48,688 nt of DNA from Solirubrobacteraceae bacterium (lineage in GTDB: Bacteria; Actinomycetota; Thermoleophilia; Solirubrobacterales; Solirubrobacteraceae): contig JADGPM010000236.1 of assembly GCA_017882425.1 (NCBI GenBank), forward strand, positions 1-48,688. The letters run 5' to 3'. Below the pieces are notes generated by a model. That model was given only the letters and a program-made list of their open reading frames with translations, had not been told where the DNA came from and did not search any database. Both the position numbers and the translations under genes were made by a program. This document shows, piece after piece, positions 1 through 9,194 of this stretch (its first letter is position 1; each line of letters begins with the position of its first letter).

Positions 1-36
1 CCGCCCCGACCGGGCTGGAGAACCGCCGGAACCCCA

Positions 37-240
37 GTGTCTGTGCGGCGTTTCGGCCGATCCGGCCGCAGCGTCGCCGCGGCCTGGGACGATGTCACCG
101 TGCAGCTGACCCGGATCGCATGGCTGGCCACCGTCGGCATCTGCCTCGTCGGCGCCGTCATGCTGTTCCTGGCCGGCTACCAGGGCTACGGCGTGCTCTC
201 GATCACCGTCGGGATCGCCGCCGGAATCAATCTGACCTGA
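37..240 (+). CDS. small hypothetical membrane protein (67 aa)
   Basis: GTG-start ORF with two hydrophobic stretches (WLATVGICLVGAVMLFLAGY and VLSITVGIAAGI). No family recognised. The 3' end overlaps the convergent CDF gene by 14 nt. Confidence 0.3.
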   Translation: MSVRRFGRSGRSVAAAWDDVTVQLTRIAWLATVGICLVGAVMLFLAGYQGYGVLSITVGIAAGINLT

Positions 241-1657
241 CGACCGCGGCGCCGGGCTCGGTGTGCACGACGACCTCGGCGATGTCCGGATGGGTCGCCC
301 GCGCACGGGCCTCGATCAGTCCGGCTGTCTCGTGCGCCTGCGCCAGCGTCTGGCCTGCCGGCAGCGCCACGGTGACGAACGCGACGAGTCCCCGGGGCTC
401 GCGATGGACGTGCAGCTCGACCGGATCGCTGCCGCTCAGGTCGCGGACGATCGCAGCGATCGCGTCGCGATGCTCGTCGTCCTCACCCGGCGTCGGCGGG
501 CGCGCCGTGAGCGCGGCCGCCAGCGGCTCGAGGTGCACGTGCACGCGGCCGATCTCAGGGTCCGCCTTCAGGATCGCGCGCTCGACGTCGTCGGAGATCC
601 TGTGGGCCTCGGCGAGCGTCTCCTCGGCCGGGAGCTTGACGTGGAGGCTCAGCTCGATGCGCCCGTCGAGCACGACGGTGCGCACGTTGTGCACCTCGCG
701 CACCCGGCGGACCGTCAGCGCCGCGCCCGTCGCGCGCTCGCGCAGGTCGGTGGGCGACCGCGGCTCGATGTGCACGGTCACGTCGCTGCCCGGCAGCGCG
801 GCGCGCACGGCGCGCTCGACGCTGTCGGCGACCGCGTGGCCCTGCTGGACCGCCGCATCCGGGGCGACCGCCAGGACGACGTCGACGAAGTTGCGCCCGG
901 CGGCCTCGCGGACGCGCAGGCGGCGCAACTCGGCGCGCGGCTCGGCCTCGAGGATCGCCTCCCGCGCGGCCTCGGAGGCGTCGATCGGCGCACGGTCCAT
1001 CAGCACCTGCACGTTCTCGCGCATCAGCGCGACAGCGGCGGCGATCACGAGTGCCGCGACGACGAGCGCAGCGATCGCGTCGGCGCGCTGGTAGCCGGCC
1101 CGCACGAGGATCAACCCGACGAGGACCGCGAGCGAGCCGGCGAAGTCGGCGGCGAAGTGCACGGCGTTGGCCGCCAGGGCCGGGCTGTGGTGCTCGCGCG
1201 AGGCGCGCCAGGAGATGGTCGCGCGGCTCACGTCGACCAGCAGGACGACGCCCAGCACCGCGAACGCCCACCACGCCGCGTCGACCGTGTGGTGATTGCG
1301 GCCCGTCAGGCGCAGCACCGACTCGTACACGATCGCGCCGCTGACGAGGACCAGGAAGGCCGCCTCGCCGAGCGCGGCCAGGTGCTCGGCCTTCCCGTGG
1401 CCGTACGGGTGGTCGCGGTCAGCAGGCCGGATCGCGACGCGCAGCGCGTAGAAGGTGAGCAGCGCGGCGATGAGATCGGTCCCCGAGTGCGCCGCCTCGG
1501 CGATGAACGCCAGCGAGCCCGTGAGCAGGCCGGTGACGAGCTTCAGCGCGACGAGGCCGACGGCCGCGACGATCGACAGCCGGGCCGTGCGCTGCTGCGG
1601 CGAGAGGCCTCCGGCGACCGGGACGGGGGTCGGCGCGCTCAGCGGCTCGCGAGCCAT
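227..1657 (-). CDS. cation diffusion facilitator (CDF) family metal efflux transporter with three tandem C-terminal cytoplasmic domains
   Basis: 476-aa ORF with six N-terminal hydrophobic helices. CDF site-A motifs HSGTD (TM2) and HFAAD (TM5) are present. The tail holds three repeats ending VTVHIEP, VHVHLEP and VVVHTEP. Confidence 0.9.
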   Translation of the reverse strand: MAREPLSAPTPVPVAGGLSPQQRTARLSIVAAVGLVALKLVTGLLTGSLAFIAEAAHSGTDLIAALLTFYALRVAIRPADRDHPYGHGKAEHLAALGEAAFLVLVSGAIVYESVLRLTGRNHHTVDAAWWAFAVLGVVLLVDVSRATISWRASREHHSPALAANAVHFAADFAGSLAVLVGLILVRAGYQRADAIAALVVAALVIAAAVALMRENVQVLMDRAPIDASEAAREAILEAEPRAELRRLRVREAAGRNFVDVVLAVAPDAAVQQGHAVADSVERAVRAALPGSDVTVHIEPRSPTDLRERATGAALTVRRVREVHNVRTVVLDGRIELSLHVKLPAEETLAEAHRISDDVERAILKADPEIGRVHVHLEPLAAALTARPPTPGEDDEHRDAIAAIVRDLSGSDPVELHVHREPRGLVAFVTVALPAGQTLAQAHETAGLIEARARATHPDIAEVVVHTEPGAAVVRSD

Positions 1658-2208
1658 GCGAGGAGCTCCCGGGCGGCGCGGCCGCGATGGCTGATGGCGT
1701 CCTTCTCGCGCGGCGCGAGCTCCGCCATCGTCCGATCCGAGTGATCGTCGTCCGGCATGAACGCCGGGTCGTAGCCGAAGCCGCCCTCGCCGCGCGGCGC
1801 CGCGGTCAGGACGCCGCGGCAGCGCCCCTCGAAGAGGCGCTCGTCGCCGTCCACGCCGACGTAGGCCAGGGCGCAGACGTACTCCGCGCCGCTCCCGTCC
1901 GGGACGTCCGCGAGCAGCTTCTCGAGGTTCTCCTCGTCCGTCGCGTCCTCGCCGGCGAAGCGGGCCGAGCGCACGCCGGGCGCGCCGTCGAGCGCGTCCG
2001 CCTCGATCCCGGAGTCGTCGGCGATCGCATCGCGCCCCGTCGCCGCGACGGCCGCGCGCGCCTTCAGGAGCGCGTTCTCGGCGAACGTGATCCCGGTCTC
2101 CGGCGGAAGATCGACCTCCGGAGGCAGCGGATCCACCGTGTGGGGGCCCAGCAGCAGCGAGAATTCGCGCACCTTGTGCGGGTTGCGCGTCGCGAGCAGC
2201 AGCCTCAT
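1639..2208 (-). CDS. rdgB: dITP/XTP pyrophosphatase (RdgB/HAM1 family)
   Basis: This is the last 189 aa of ORF 1639..2760, starting [16 protein letters not shown]. Motifs ATRNxHK, ADDSG and FGYDP are present. The ATG at 2206-2208 overlaps the rph stop (ATGA). The upstream part of the ORF is Arg/Gly junk. Confidence 0.9.
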   Translation of the reverse strand: MRLLLATRNPHKVREFSLLLGPHTVDPLPPEVDLPPETGITFAENALLKARAAVAATGRDAIADDSGIEADALDGAPGVRSARFAGEDATDEENLEKLLADVPDGSGAEYVCALAYVGVDGDERLFEGRCRGVLTAAPRGEGGFGYDPAFMPDDDHSDRTMAELAPREKDAISHRGRAARELLAWLASR

Positions 2209-2945
2209 GTCCCCGCGGCGGCGATCGCGGCCTCCTGCGCGGCCCGCAGCCCCTCGATGCCGCGCGCCGCCAGCACGAGCAGGTCGTCGAGGTGCGCCCG
2301 CTGGAGCGGCGTGCCCTCGGCCGTCGCCTGGACCTCGAGCAGCCCGCCGTCCCCGGTCATCACGACGTTCGCGTCGACCTCGGCGCCGGAGTCCTCGCGG
2401 TAGTCGAGATCGAGCAGCGGCGTGGTGCCGACGATGCCGCAGGAGACCGCCGCGACCGACCCCGTCAGCGGCAGCGCCGGGATCCGCTCCTCGGCGACCA
2501 GGCGCCGGCAGCCGAGCACGAGCGCGACGTAGGCGCCCGTGATCGACGCGCAGCGCGTGCCGCCGTCGGCCTCGAGGACGTCGCAGTCGATGTTGATCGT
2601 GAACTCGCCGAGCGCCGCGTAGTCCACGACGCCGCGCAGCGAGCGTCCGATCAGGCGCTGGATCTCGATCGTGCGCCCGTCCTGGCGGCCGCGCACGGCG
2701 TCGCGGCCCTTGCGCTCCCCGGTCGACGCGGGGAGCATCCCGTACTCCGCGGTCAGCCACCCCAGGCCCTTGCCGGCACGCCAGCGGGGGACGCCCTGCT
2801 CGATCGACGCGGTGCAGATGACGCGGGTCCCGCCGCAGGAGATGAGAGCCGACCCGGTGGCCGTGCTCATGAAGCCGGGCTCGATCGTGACCGGGCGCAG
2901 CGCGTCCGGGGCGCGGCCGCCGGCGCGCGCTGCGACCGCGCTCAT
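2205..2945 (-). CDS. rph: ribonuclease PH
   Basis: 246 aa with [27 protein letters not shown] and [12 protein letters not shown]. Sits in the conserved murI-rph-rdgB order, with 4-nt overlaps at both ends. Confidence 0.95.
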   Translation of the reverse strand: MSAVAARAGGRAPDALRPVTIEPGFMSTATGSALISCGGTRVICTASIEQGVPRWRAGKGLGWLTAEYGMLPASTGERKGRDAVRGRQDGRTIEIQRLIGRSLRGVVDYAALGEFTINIDCDVLEADGGTRCASITGAYVALVLGCRRLVAEERIPALPLTGSVAAVSCGIVGTTPLLDLDYREDSGAEVDANVVMTGDGGLLEVQATAEGTPLQRAHLDDLLVLAARGIEGLRAAQEAAIAAAGT

Positions 2946-3790
2946 GCCGCGACCTCCGCGTGCAGGCGGACCTGTTCGACCTCGCCGAGCGGGAGCTGCA
3001 GGAACCGGGTCCCGAGCATGCGGAAGGCCTCCGGGTCGCCGGTGGACAGGAAGCTGTAGGCGCCCTCGCCGGTGCGCGGGCTGCTGAGCCCGCGCGAGCC
3101 GAGCGCGTGCTCCACCTGTCGCGCGAGCGCGGCCCCGGAGGTGACGATCCGCACGTCGCGCCCGAGCATGCGCTGGAGCATCGGGCGCACCAGCGGGTAG
3201 TGCGTGCAGCCGAGGATCACGGTGTCGACCTCCGCCTCCACGAGCGGTGCGACGTATCCGCGCACGACCTCGACGACGCGCTCGTCGAACGGGAACCCGG
3301 ACTGGATCATCGGCGCGAGGTCCGGTGCGGCGACCGGGATCAGGTCGACGTGCGGGTCGGCGGCGTGGACGGCGGCGGCGTAGGCGCCGCTCGCGACGGT
3401 CGCAGTGGTGGCGAGCAGGCCGATGCGCCCGTTGTGCGTCGCGGTCACCGCGTGGACGGCCTCGGGCCCGACGACGCCGAGCACGTCGACGCCGAGCGTC
3501 GTCTCCAACATCCGCCGCCGCAGCGCGGGCAGCGCGGCCGCCGTCGCCGAGTTGCAGGCGACGACGAGCAGCTTCGCCCCGCGTGCGAGCAGCTCCTCGG
3601 CGATCTGGAGGCTGAAACGGCGCAGCTCGTCCGGCCCGCGGTCCCCGTAGGGAAAGCGCGCGGTGTCGCCGAGGTAGACGAAGTCCTCGTTGGGGAGTCG
3701 CACGAGGAGCTCGTGCAGGACGGTGAGGCCGCCGACGCCGGAGTCGAACACCGCGATCGGCCGCTCGCGCGGGTCGCTCGGAAAGCGCAC
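2942..3790 (-). CDS. murI: glutamate racemase
   Basis: 282 aa with DSGVGGLTV, the catalytic Cys motifs VVACNSA and LGCTHYP, and [11 protein letters not shown]. Confidence 0.95.
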   Translation of the reverse strand: MRFPSDPRERPIAVFDSGVGGLTVLHELLVRLPNEDFVYLGDTARFPYGDRGPDELRRFSLQIAEELLARGAKLLVVACNSATAAALPALRRRMLETTLGVDVLGVVGPEAVHAVTATHNGRIGLLATTATVASGAYAAAVHAADPHVDLIPVAAPDLAPMIQSGFPFDERVVEVVRGYVAPLVEAEVDTVILGCTHYPLVRPMLQRMLGRDVRIVTSGAALARQVEHALGSRGLSSPRTGEGAYSFLSTGDPEAFRMLGTRFLQLPLGEVEQVRLHAEVAA

Positions 3791-3821
3791 CGATCCAGCA
3801 TACGGCGGCCTCCTGCCGGAG

Positions 3822-4058
3822 TCACTTGGCGGACGCCCCGCCCACGCCGTCGATCGCGTCCTTGAGCTTCGTGACGACCGTCTGCGCGATGCCGCCGCCC
3901 TTCAGGCCCTTCCCGGCGGCGATCACGCCGACGAGGACGCCGGCGACGAGCAGGATCAGCGCGACGTACTCGACGGTGCCCTGGCCGGTCGCCGCGGCGA
4001 GCCTCCGGGACGTGGTGTGCAGGGCCGCGTGCAGGCGGCCGAGGATGCGATAGCCCAT
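3822..4058 (-). CDS. flp: Flp family type IVb pilin
   Basis: This is the last 78 aa of ORF 3822..5063. It has the Flp prepilin motif G/TVEY (ATGQG-TVEYVALILLVAGVLVGV). A GGAGGAA Shine-Dalgarno lies 2-3 nt upstream of the ATG at 4056-4058. Confidence 0.75.
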   Translation of the reverse strand: MGYRILGRLHAALHTTSRRLAAATGQGTVEYVALILLVAGVLVGVIAAGKGLKGGGIAQTVVTKLKDAIDGVGGASAK

Positions 4059-4148
4059 GGTTCCTCCGGTCGATCGTTGGGGTCGCCGGCGAGTCTGGGC
4101 TGCGGCGTGTGACGCCGCCACGGCCCATCCGTGGAGAATCAGTGCCGA

Positions 4149-5084
4149 ATGCGCGCGCTCGTCGTCTCCAACATGCGTCCCGCGGCGGGCGATCCGTCGC
4201 GCGGGAGCTTCGTGCGCGACCAGGTCCGCGCACTGCGGGCACTCGGCGACCCCGACCTCGAGCTCGAGACCTACGACTTCGGCCCCGGCGGCTACGCGAG
4301 CGCCGGCCGCGAGCTGCGCCGCCGCTACCGCGGCGCGGGACTGGACGTCGTGCACGCGCACTTCGGTCTCACCGCGTGGCCGGCCCTCTTCGCCCCGGCG
4401 CTCGTGCACGGCGTGACGCTGCACGGCACCGACGTGCACCACCCCCGCTCGCGAGCGATCACGCGCGCCGCCCTCCCCTTCCTGGACTTCGTCGCGACGG
4501 TCAGCGACGACCTCGCCGGCGACGTCCCGCGCGCCCCGGGACGGCGGGTCGCCGCGGTCCTGCCCTGCGGGGTGGCCACCGACCGGTTCCTCCCGCTCCC
4601 GCGGCAGGATGCCCGGGCCGCGCTCGGGCTCGCCGCCGACGGCCGCTACCTCCTGTTCGGCGCCGATCCGCTCCGCCCGGAGAAGCGGCACGACCGCGCG
4701 CTGGCCGTCGCCGACCGGGCCGGCGCGGAGCTGCTGACCCTCGGCCACGTCGACCCGGGCGAGGTGCCGTTGTGGGTCAACGCGGCGAACGCCGTCCTCG
4801 TGCCCTCCGAGCGCGAGGGCTTCGGGCTCGCCGTCCTGGAGGCGCTCGCCTGCGACGTCGCCGTCGTGGCGACCCCGACGGGCATCCATCCCGCCGCCCT
4901 GGCCGGCATCGCCGGGACGCTGTGCGCACCGTTCGACGTCGCGACGTGGAGCGCGGCGCTGACGCCGCACCTCGATGCGGCCGACCCGCGGGTCGCGGGG
5001 CGCGCCCGCGCCGTGGAGTACGGCGCCGGCCGTATGGCCGAGCGCGTGCTGGCGACGTGGCACGAGCTGGTGGGGCGCCGGTGA
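4149..5084 (+). CDS. glycosyltransferase family 4 (GT-B, EX7E type)
   Basis: Motifs HAHFGL and VLVPSEREGFGLAVLEALACDVAVVATPTG (EX7E). Start is the ATG at 4149 (MRALVVSN) or the GTG at 4131. Confidence 0.85.
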   Translation: MRALVVSNMRPAAGDPSRGSFVRDQVRALRALGDPDLELETYDFGPGGYASAGRELRRRYRGAGLDVVHAHFGLTAWPALFAPALVHGVTLHGTDVHHPRSRAITRAALPFLDFVATVSDDLAGDVPRAPGRRVAAVLPCGVATDRFLPLPRQDARAALGLAADGRYLLFGADPLRPEKRHDRALAVADRAGAELLTLGHVDPGEVPLWVNAANAVLVPSEREGFGLAVLEALACDVAVVATPTGIHPAALAGIAGTLCAPFDVATWSAALTPHLDAADPRVAGRARAVEYGAGRMAERVLATWHELVGRR

Positions 5085-5142
5085 CCCCCGACGGCACTAC
5101 ACTCGCGCCGCGGCGCCTCCCTCGGGACGGTGCCATCGCACC

Positions 5143-6042
5143 ATGGGTCTGAGAGATCGCATCTTCCGCCGGGGCGAGGACCCCGGCCCCCCGGCGACTG
5201 CGCCCGACACCGGTGCGCCCGCGGCCGGTTCCCCGGCGCCCGACGGCGACGGCGCGAACGGCGGCCTGTGGGCGCAGGCCGAGCCGCTGCCCGACGACAT
5301 CACGGTGATCCGGCCGCCCGCAGACGAGGCGGATGAGCAGCCGACGATCATCCAGGCGCCGGCCGAGGAGCCCCAGCCCGTGGCCGCCGCCGAGCCCGCC
5401 GAGCCCGGAGCCGAGGCGTTCGAGCCCGCGGCGCACGAACCTCCCGCGCAGGCGCCGGCGGCGGCGCCCGAGGGCTTCGTCGTCGACCCCGGCGCCGCGG
5501 CGGCCGTCCCGCGGCGCCCCGGATTCCGCGAGCGCGGGCAACTGCGCCGGCGCCTGCGCTTCCTGCGCGAGGTCCGCGAGCTCGGCTTCCGCGACCTCGG
5601 CGGCCTGGTCTTCGACCAGCACCGCTTCCAGCGCCCCAACGAGCTGCTCGTCCACGGCAAGGTCGAGGCGATCGACGCCGTCGACCGCGAGCTGCGCGCG
5701 ATCGAGGACGCGCTGCGCGAACGCACGCCCTACAGCGAGCTCTTCATCCCCGGCGTCTCCGCCTGCCAGCGCTGCGGTGCGCTGCACGGCAGCGATGCGC
5801 GCTACTGCCCCTACTGCGGCCTGGCCTTCAGCGGCCCGCGCACCCTCGCCGGCATGGCTCCCGACCAGGCGGCCTACGGGACGCCGGGCGCCGCGACCCC
5901 GCCCGGCCAGGCCGTCCTGTTCGACCCCCACACGGGGGCGCCGCTCCAGCAGCCCCCCGCCCCGGTGGTCGTGCCGCCTCCCGCGCCGGAGGCTCAGCCG
6001 CAGCAGCCGGCTGCGCCGGAGTCCCACCCGCCGCAGCCGTGA
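5143..6042 (+). CDS. zinc-ribbon domain protein with Pro/Ala/Glu-rich N-terminal half
   Basis: In-frame ATG at 5143 (MGLRDRIF) within ORF 4975..6042. Contains a C-terminal CQRCG..x9..YCPYCG zinc ribbon and a coiled-coil-like segment VEAIDAVDRELRAIEDALRE. No family recognised. Confidence 0.6.
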   Translation: MGLRDRIFRRGEDPGPPATAPDTGAPAAGSPAPDGDGANGGLWAQAEPLPDDITVIRPPADEADEQPTIIQAPAEEPQPVAAAEPAEPGAEAFEPAAHEPPAQAPAAAPEGFVVDPGAAAAVPRRPGFRERGQLRRRLRFLREVRELGFRDLGGLVFDQHRFQRPNELLVHGKVEAIDAVDRELRAIEDALRERTPYSELFIPGVSACQRCGALHGSDARYCPYCGLAFSGPRTLAGMAPDQAAYGTPGAATPPGQAVLFDPHTGAPLQQPPAPVVVPPPAPEAQPQQPAAPESHPPQP

Positions 6043-6515
6043 GCGTCGTCCCGCCCCCGCTGCCGCCGGCGCCGGCGCTGCCGCCTGCGGGTGCGCTGGC
6101 GTGCCCGCGCTGCGGTGAGCTGCTGGCGCCCGACCAGGACTGGTGCCTGCGCTGCGGCGACCCGGCGCGCACCGTGATCGCGCCCACGCCGCGCTGGCGG
6201 CGCCCGATCGTCGCGCTGATCGCGATCGCCGCGCTCGCCCTCGGCGTCCTCGCGGCGGCCTTCGTCGGCATCACGAACAACAACCCGCCGCCCGCACGCA
6301 CGCTGACGAAGACGATCACGACGCAGCCCGGGCAGCCGCTGCCGCCAGGGGTGACGCCGGCGCCGACGACGGCGCCCGCGACCACGGCGACGACGGCGAC
6401 GCCCACCACCGCGGCGCCGACGACGCAGACCGCGACCACGTCGACCACGACGTTCACGACGACGACGACGACCACCACGACGCTGGCGCCGACGACCACG
6501 ACGACCGCCAAGTAG
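6039..6515 (+). CDS. zinc-ribbon membrane-anchored protein with Thr-rich extracytoplasmic tail
   Basis: GTG start overlaps the upstream stop (GTGA). Contains CPRCG..x9..WCLRCG, a TM helix IVALIAIAALALGVLAAAFVGI, then a tail of about 50 aa that is mostly Thr/Ala/Pro. Confidence 0.6.
   Translation: MSVVPPPLPPAPALPPAGALACPRCGELLAPDQDWCLRCGDPARTVIAPTPRWRRPIVALIAIAALALGVLAAAFVGITNNNPPPARTLTKTITTQPGQPLPPGVTPAPTTAPATTATTATPTTAAPTTQTATTSTTTFTTTTTTTTTLAPTTTTTAK
6354..6506 (+). repeat. Thr-codon (ACG/ACC) triplet-rich low-complexity tract inside the CDS
   Basis: Encodes TPAPTTAPATTATTATPTTAAPTTQTATTSTTTFTTTTTTTTTLAPTTTTT. Includes the run acgacgacgacgacgaccaccacgacg. Confidence 0.8.
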
Positions 6516-6522
6516 GAGGCGC

Positions 6523-7563
6523 TCAGGCGGGCGGGAGGAGCGCGACCACGCGCTCCGCGGCGCGACTCGCGAGCGGGTGCGGCGCGGCCGGCTCCGGCCG
6601 CGCGTCGCCCGGGTCGCGGGCGATGGTCGCGAGCGTCGCCGCGAGCGAGCCCGCGAGCGCGCCGAGGTGATAGCCACCCTCGAGCACGACGCCGAGCGGC
6701 ACGTCGAGGTCCGCCGCCAGCCGGCGCATGCTCGCGGCCATCGCGGCGAACCCCGCCTCGGTGACCTCGCAACCCGCCAGCGGGTCGTCGGCGTGCGCGT
6801 CGAAGCCCGCCGAGATCAGGATCAGCTGCGGACGGTAGGCGAGCGCGGCAGGGACGACGACATGGTCGACCAGCGCGGTGTAGAGCGCGTCGCCCGAGCC
6901 CTCGGGCACGGGGAGGTTCACGGTGCAGCCCACGCCGTCACCGGATCCGACGTCGCCGGCGGCGCCGCTGCCGGGATAGAGCGGCCATTCGTGGATCGAG
7001 ACGAAGAGCACGCGCGGCTCGGCGTGGAAGATGTCGTTCGTGCCGTTGCCGTGATGCACGTCCCAGTCGAGGATCAGGACACGCTCGAGCCCATGCCGGT
7101 CGATCGCCCGGCGTGCCGCCACGGCGACGTTGTTGAAGAGGCAGAACCCCATCGCCCGCGAGCGCTCGGCGTGGTGGCCGGGCGGGCGATGGAGCGACGC
7201 GCCGACGCGCGCCTCGCCTCCGAGCAGCGCGTCGACGAGCGCCGCCGCGCCGCCCGCCGCGTGCAGAGCCGCCTCGAAGGACCCCACGGAGACGATCGTG
7301 TCCGGGTCGAGCATCGCGCCGCCGCCCGAGCAGGCGTCCGCGATCCCCTGGCGATGGGCCGGCGGGTGGACGGCGTCGAGCAGCTCGAACGACACCGGCG
7401 GCGACTCGCGCAGCTCATAGCCCAGCCAGTCGCGCGCGGCCAGCTCGCGGTCGATCGCGACCATCCGCGCGGGGCGCTCGGGGTGCTGCCCGGTCTCGTG
7501 GCGCAGCGAGGATTCGTGGCGAAAGATGACACCGGACACGGAGGGGTACCGTACCCCGACCAT
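6523..7563 (-). CDS. histone deacetylase-family (AcuC / acetylpolyamine amidohydrolase-like) deacetylase
   Basis: Motifs RPPGHHA, ILDWDVHHGNGT, SAGFDAH and VLEGGY. Start is uncertain, with ATG at 7563, 7587 or 7590, or GTG at 7539. Confidence 0.85.
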   Translation of the reverse strand: MVGVRYPSVSGVIFRHESSLRHETGQHPERPARMVAIDRELAARDWLGYELRESPPVSFELLDAVHPPAHRQGIADACSGGGAMLDPDTIVSVGSFEAALHAAGGAAALVDALLGGEARVGASLHRPPGHHAERSRAMGFCLFNNVAVAARRAIDRHGLERVLILDWDVHHGNGTNDIFHAEPRVLFVSIHEWPLYPGSGAAGDVGSGDGVGCTVNLPVPEGSGDALYTALVDHVVVPAALAYRPQLILISAGFDAHADDPLAGCEVTEAGFAAMAASMRRLAADLDVPLGVVLEGGYHLGALAGSLAATLATIARDPGDARPEPAAPHPLASRAAERVVALLPPA

Positions 7564-9028
7564 GGCCCTCGGTGACCCGACCGACATCATCGCCGCCGAG
7601 GTCGTCGTCGTCGGCGCCGGCGTGGCGGGGCTCTACGCGGCGCTCACCGCCGCCGAGGCGGGCGCTCAGGTGACCGTCATCAGCGCGACGCCGCTCGCCC
7701 AGACGGCGAGCTACTGGGCGCAGGGCGGCCTGGCGGCGGCGCTCGCGGTCGACGACTCGCCGGAGCTGCACCTTGAGGACACCGAGAAGGCCGGCCGCGG
7801 CCTGATGCGCCCGTCGGCTGCCGAGGTGCTCGTCAGCGAGGCACCGGCGATGATCGGCGAGCTGCAGCGCCTGCGCGTGCGCTTCGACGCCGACCGCAAC
7901 GGCAACCTCGCGCTCGGGCTCGAGGGCGGGCACTCGAGGCGGCGCATCGTGCACGCAGGCGGCAGCGCGACCGGCCGGCGCGTCGCACGCCAGCTGTCGG
8001 CCGACCTCGTGCACCACCGGAGCGTGCGGATCCTCGAGGGCTCGCGCGCGGCCGCGCTGTGGGTCGATGCCGACGGGCGCGTGATCGGCGTCGTCTGCGA
8101 GAACGGGCTCGCGGTCCACGCGCGCGGGACGATCCTCGCGACCGGCGGAGCCGCCGCCCTCTGGAGCCGCACGACGAACCCGCCCGGCTCGCTCGGCATC
8201 GGCATCATGCTCGCGCGCGCCGCGGGCGCCGCCGTCGCCGACATGGAGTTCGTCCAGTTCCACCCCACGGCCGTCACCGGGGTGCCCGGCCGCGAGGGGT
8301 TCCTCGTCACGGAGGCGATCCGCGGCGAGGGCGCCACGCTGCACGGGCCCGACGGCGAGCGCTTCGTCGACGAGCTCGCGCCGCGCGACGAGGTCTCGCG
8401 CGCCGTCTGGGGGGTCATGGAGGCGCACGGGGTCGCGTCGGTGTCGCTCGACATGCGCGGCGTCGACCCGACGCGCTTCCCGAACGTCGTCGAGGCGCTG
8501 CGCGACTCGGGTCTGGATCCGATGCGCGAGCTCGTCCCGGTCGCGCCCGCCGCGCACTACGTGATGGGCGGCGTCGTGACGGACCTCACCGGGGCGACGG
8601 GCGTGCCGGGGCTCTATGTCGTCGGCGAGTCCGCCTGCACCGGCCTGCACGGCGCCAACAGGCTCGCGTCGAACTCGCTCTCGGAATGCGTCGTGTTCGG
8701 CGCGCGCGCCGCGCGCGGCGCGCTCGCCGAGCGCGCCGCAGGCCCGGTGCCGGGGGGCGCTCCCGTCCCCGCCCCTCTCGCGCTCCCGAGCCGCGAGACG
8801 CGCGCGGCGCTGTGGCGCGACGCCGGCATCGTGCGCACCCGTGAGGGGCTCGAGCGGCTGCTGGGCGACCCGCACCCGCTCGCCCAGCTCGTCGCCCGCT
8901 GCGCGCTGCTGCGCGAGGAGACCCGCGGCGCGCACGTGCGGCTCGACTTCCCGCGGACCGAGCCGAAGCTGGACCGGATGCACGGCGTCGCGCGCGAGGG
9001 CGAGCCGGCCTTCGAGCGCTGGATGTAG
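7562..9028 (+). CDS. nadB: L-aspartate oxidase
   Basis: FAD fold VVVVGAGVAGLYAA, plus YWAQGG, EFVQFHPT, HYVMGGV, GANRLASNSL and REETRGAH. Start is ATG 7562 (MALGDPTD) or ATG 7526. Confidence 0.9.
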   Translation: MALGDPTDIIAAEVVVVGAGVAGLYAALTAAEAGAQVTVISATPLAQTASYWAQGGLAAALAVDDSPELHLEDTEKAGRGLMRPSAAEVLVSEAPAMIGELQRLRVRFDADRNGNLALGLEGGHSRRRIVHAGGSATGRRVARQLSADLVHHRSVRILEGSRAAALWVDADGRVIGVVCENGLAVHARGTILATGGAAALWSRTTNPPGSLGIGIMLARAAGAAVADMEFVQFHPTAVTGVPGREGFLVTEAIRGEGATLHGPDGERFVDELAPRDEVSRAVWGVMEAHGVASVSLDMRGVDPTRFPNVVEALRDSGLDPMRELVPVAPAAHYVMGGVVTDLTGATGVPGLYVVGESACTGLHGANRLASNSLSECVVFGARAARGALAERAAGPVPGGAPVPAPLALPSRETRAALWRDAGIVRTREGLERLLGDPHPLAQLVARCALLREETRGAHVRLDFPRTEPKLDRMHGVAREGEPAFERWM

Positions 9029-9194
9029 CCCCCGGCCCCCCCGGGTCCCGCCGCCCGCCGCACGCAGGACCGTTGCGCCTTAACACGAACTTCATGTTCC
9101 GTGTGTTGGAGGTTCACACGGAGGACGGATACTCGCACGCCGCGAGGGGTTCGCGACGGAACGCACAAAGAGGGTCCACAGGAGGGTCCAGCCG

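Noticed and set aside
2209-2760. N-terminal extensions of track ORFs. The cases are rdgB 1639..2760, Flp 3822..5063, cysM 23550..24896, cysO 25752..26132, phosphoesterase 33637..34899, CoA-transferase 34487.., hyuA 10960.., hyuB 12639.. and the acidic protein 46812..47891.
   Set aside because: The extensions are Arg/Gly/Pro junk overlapping the neighbouring real gene. An internal in-frame ATG or GTG matches the family N-terminus and usually has an SD, a 4-nt coupling overlap or a TANNNT box.
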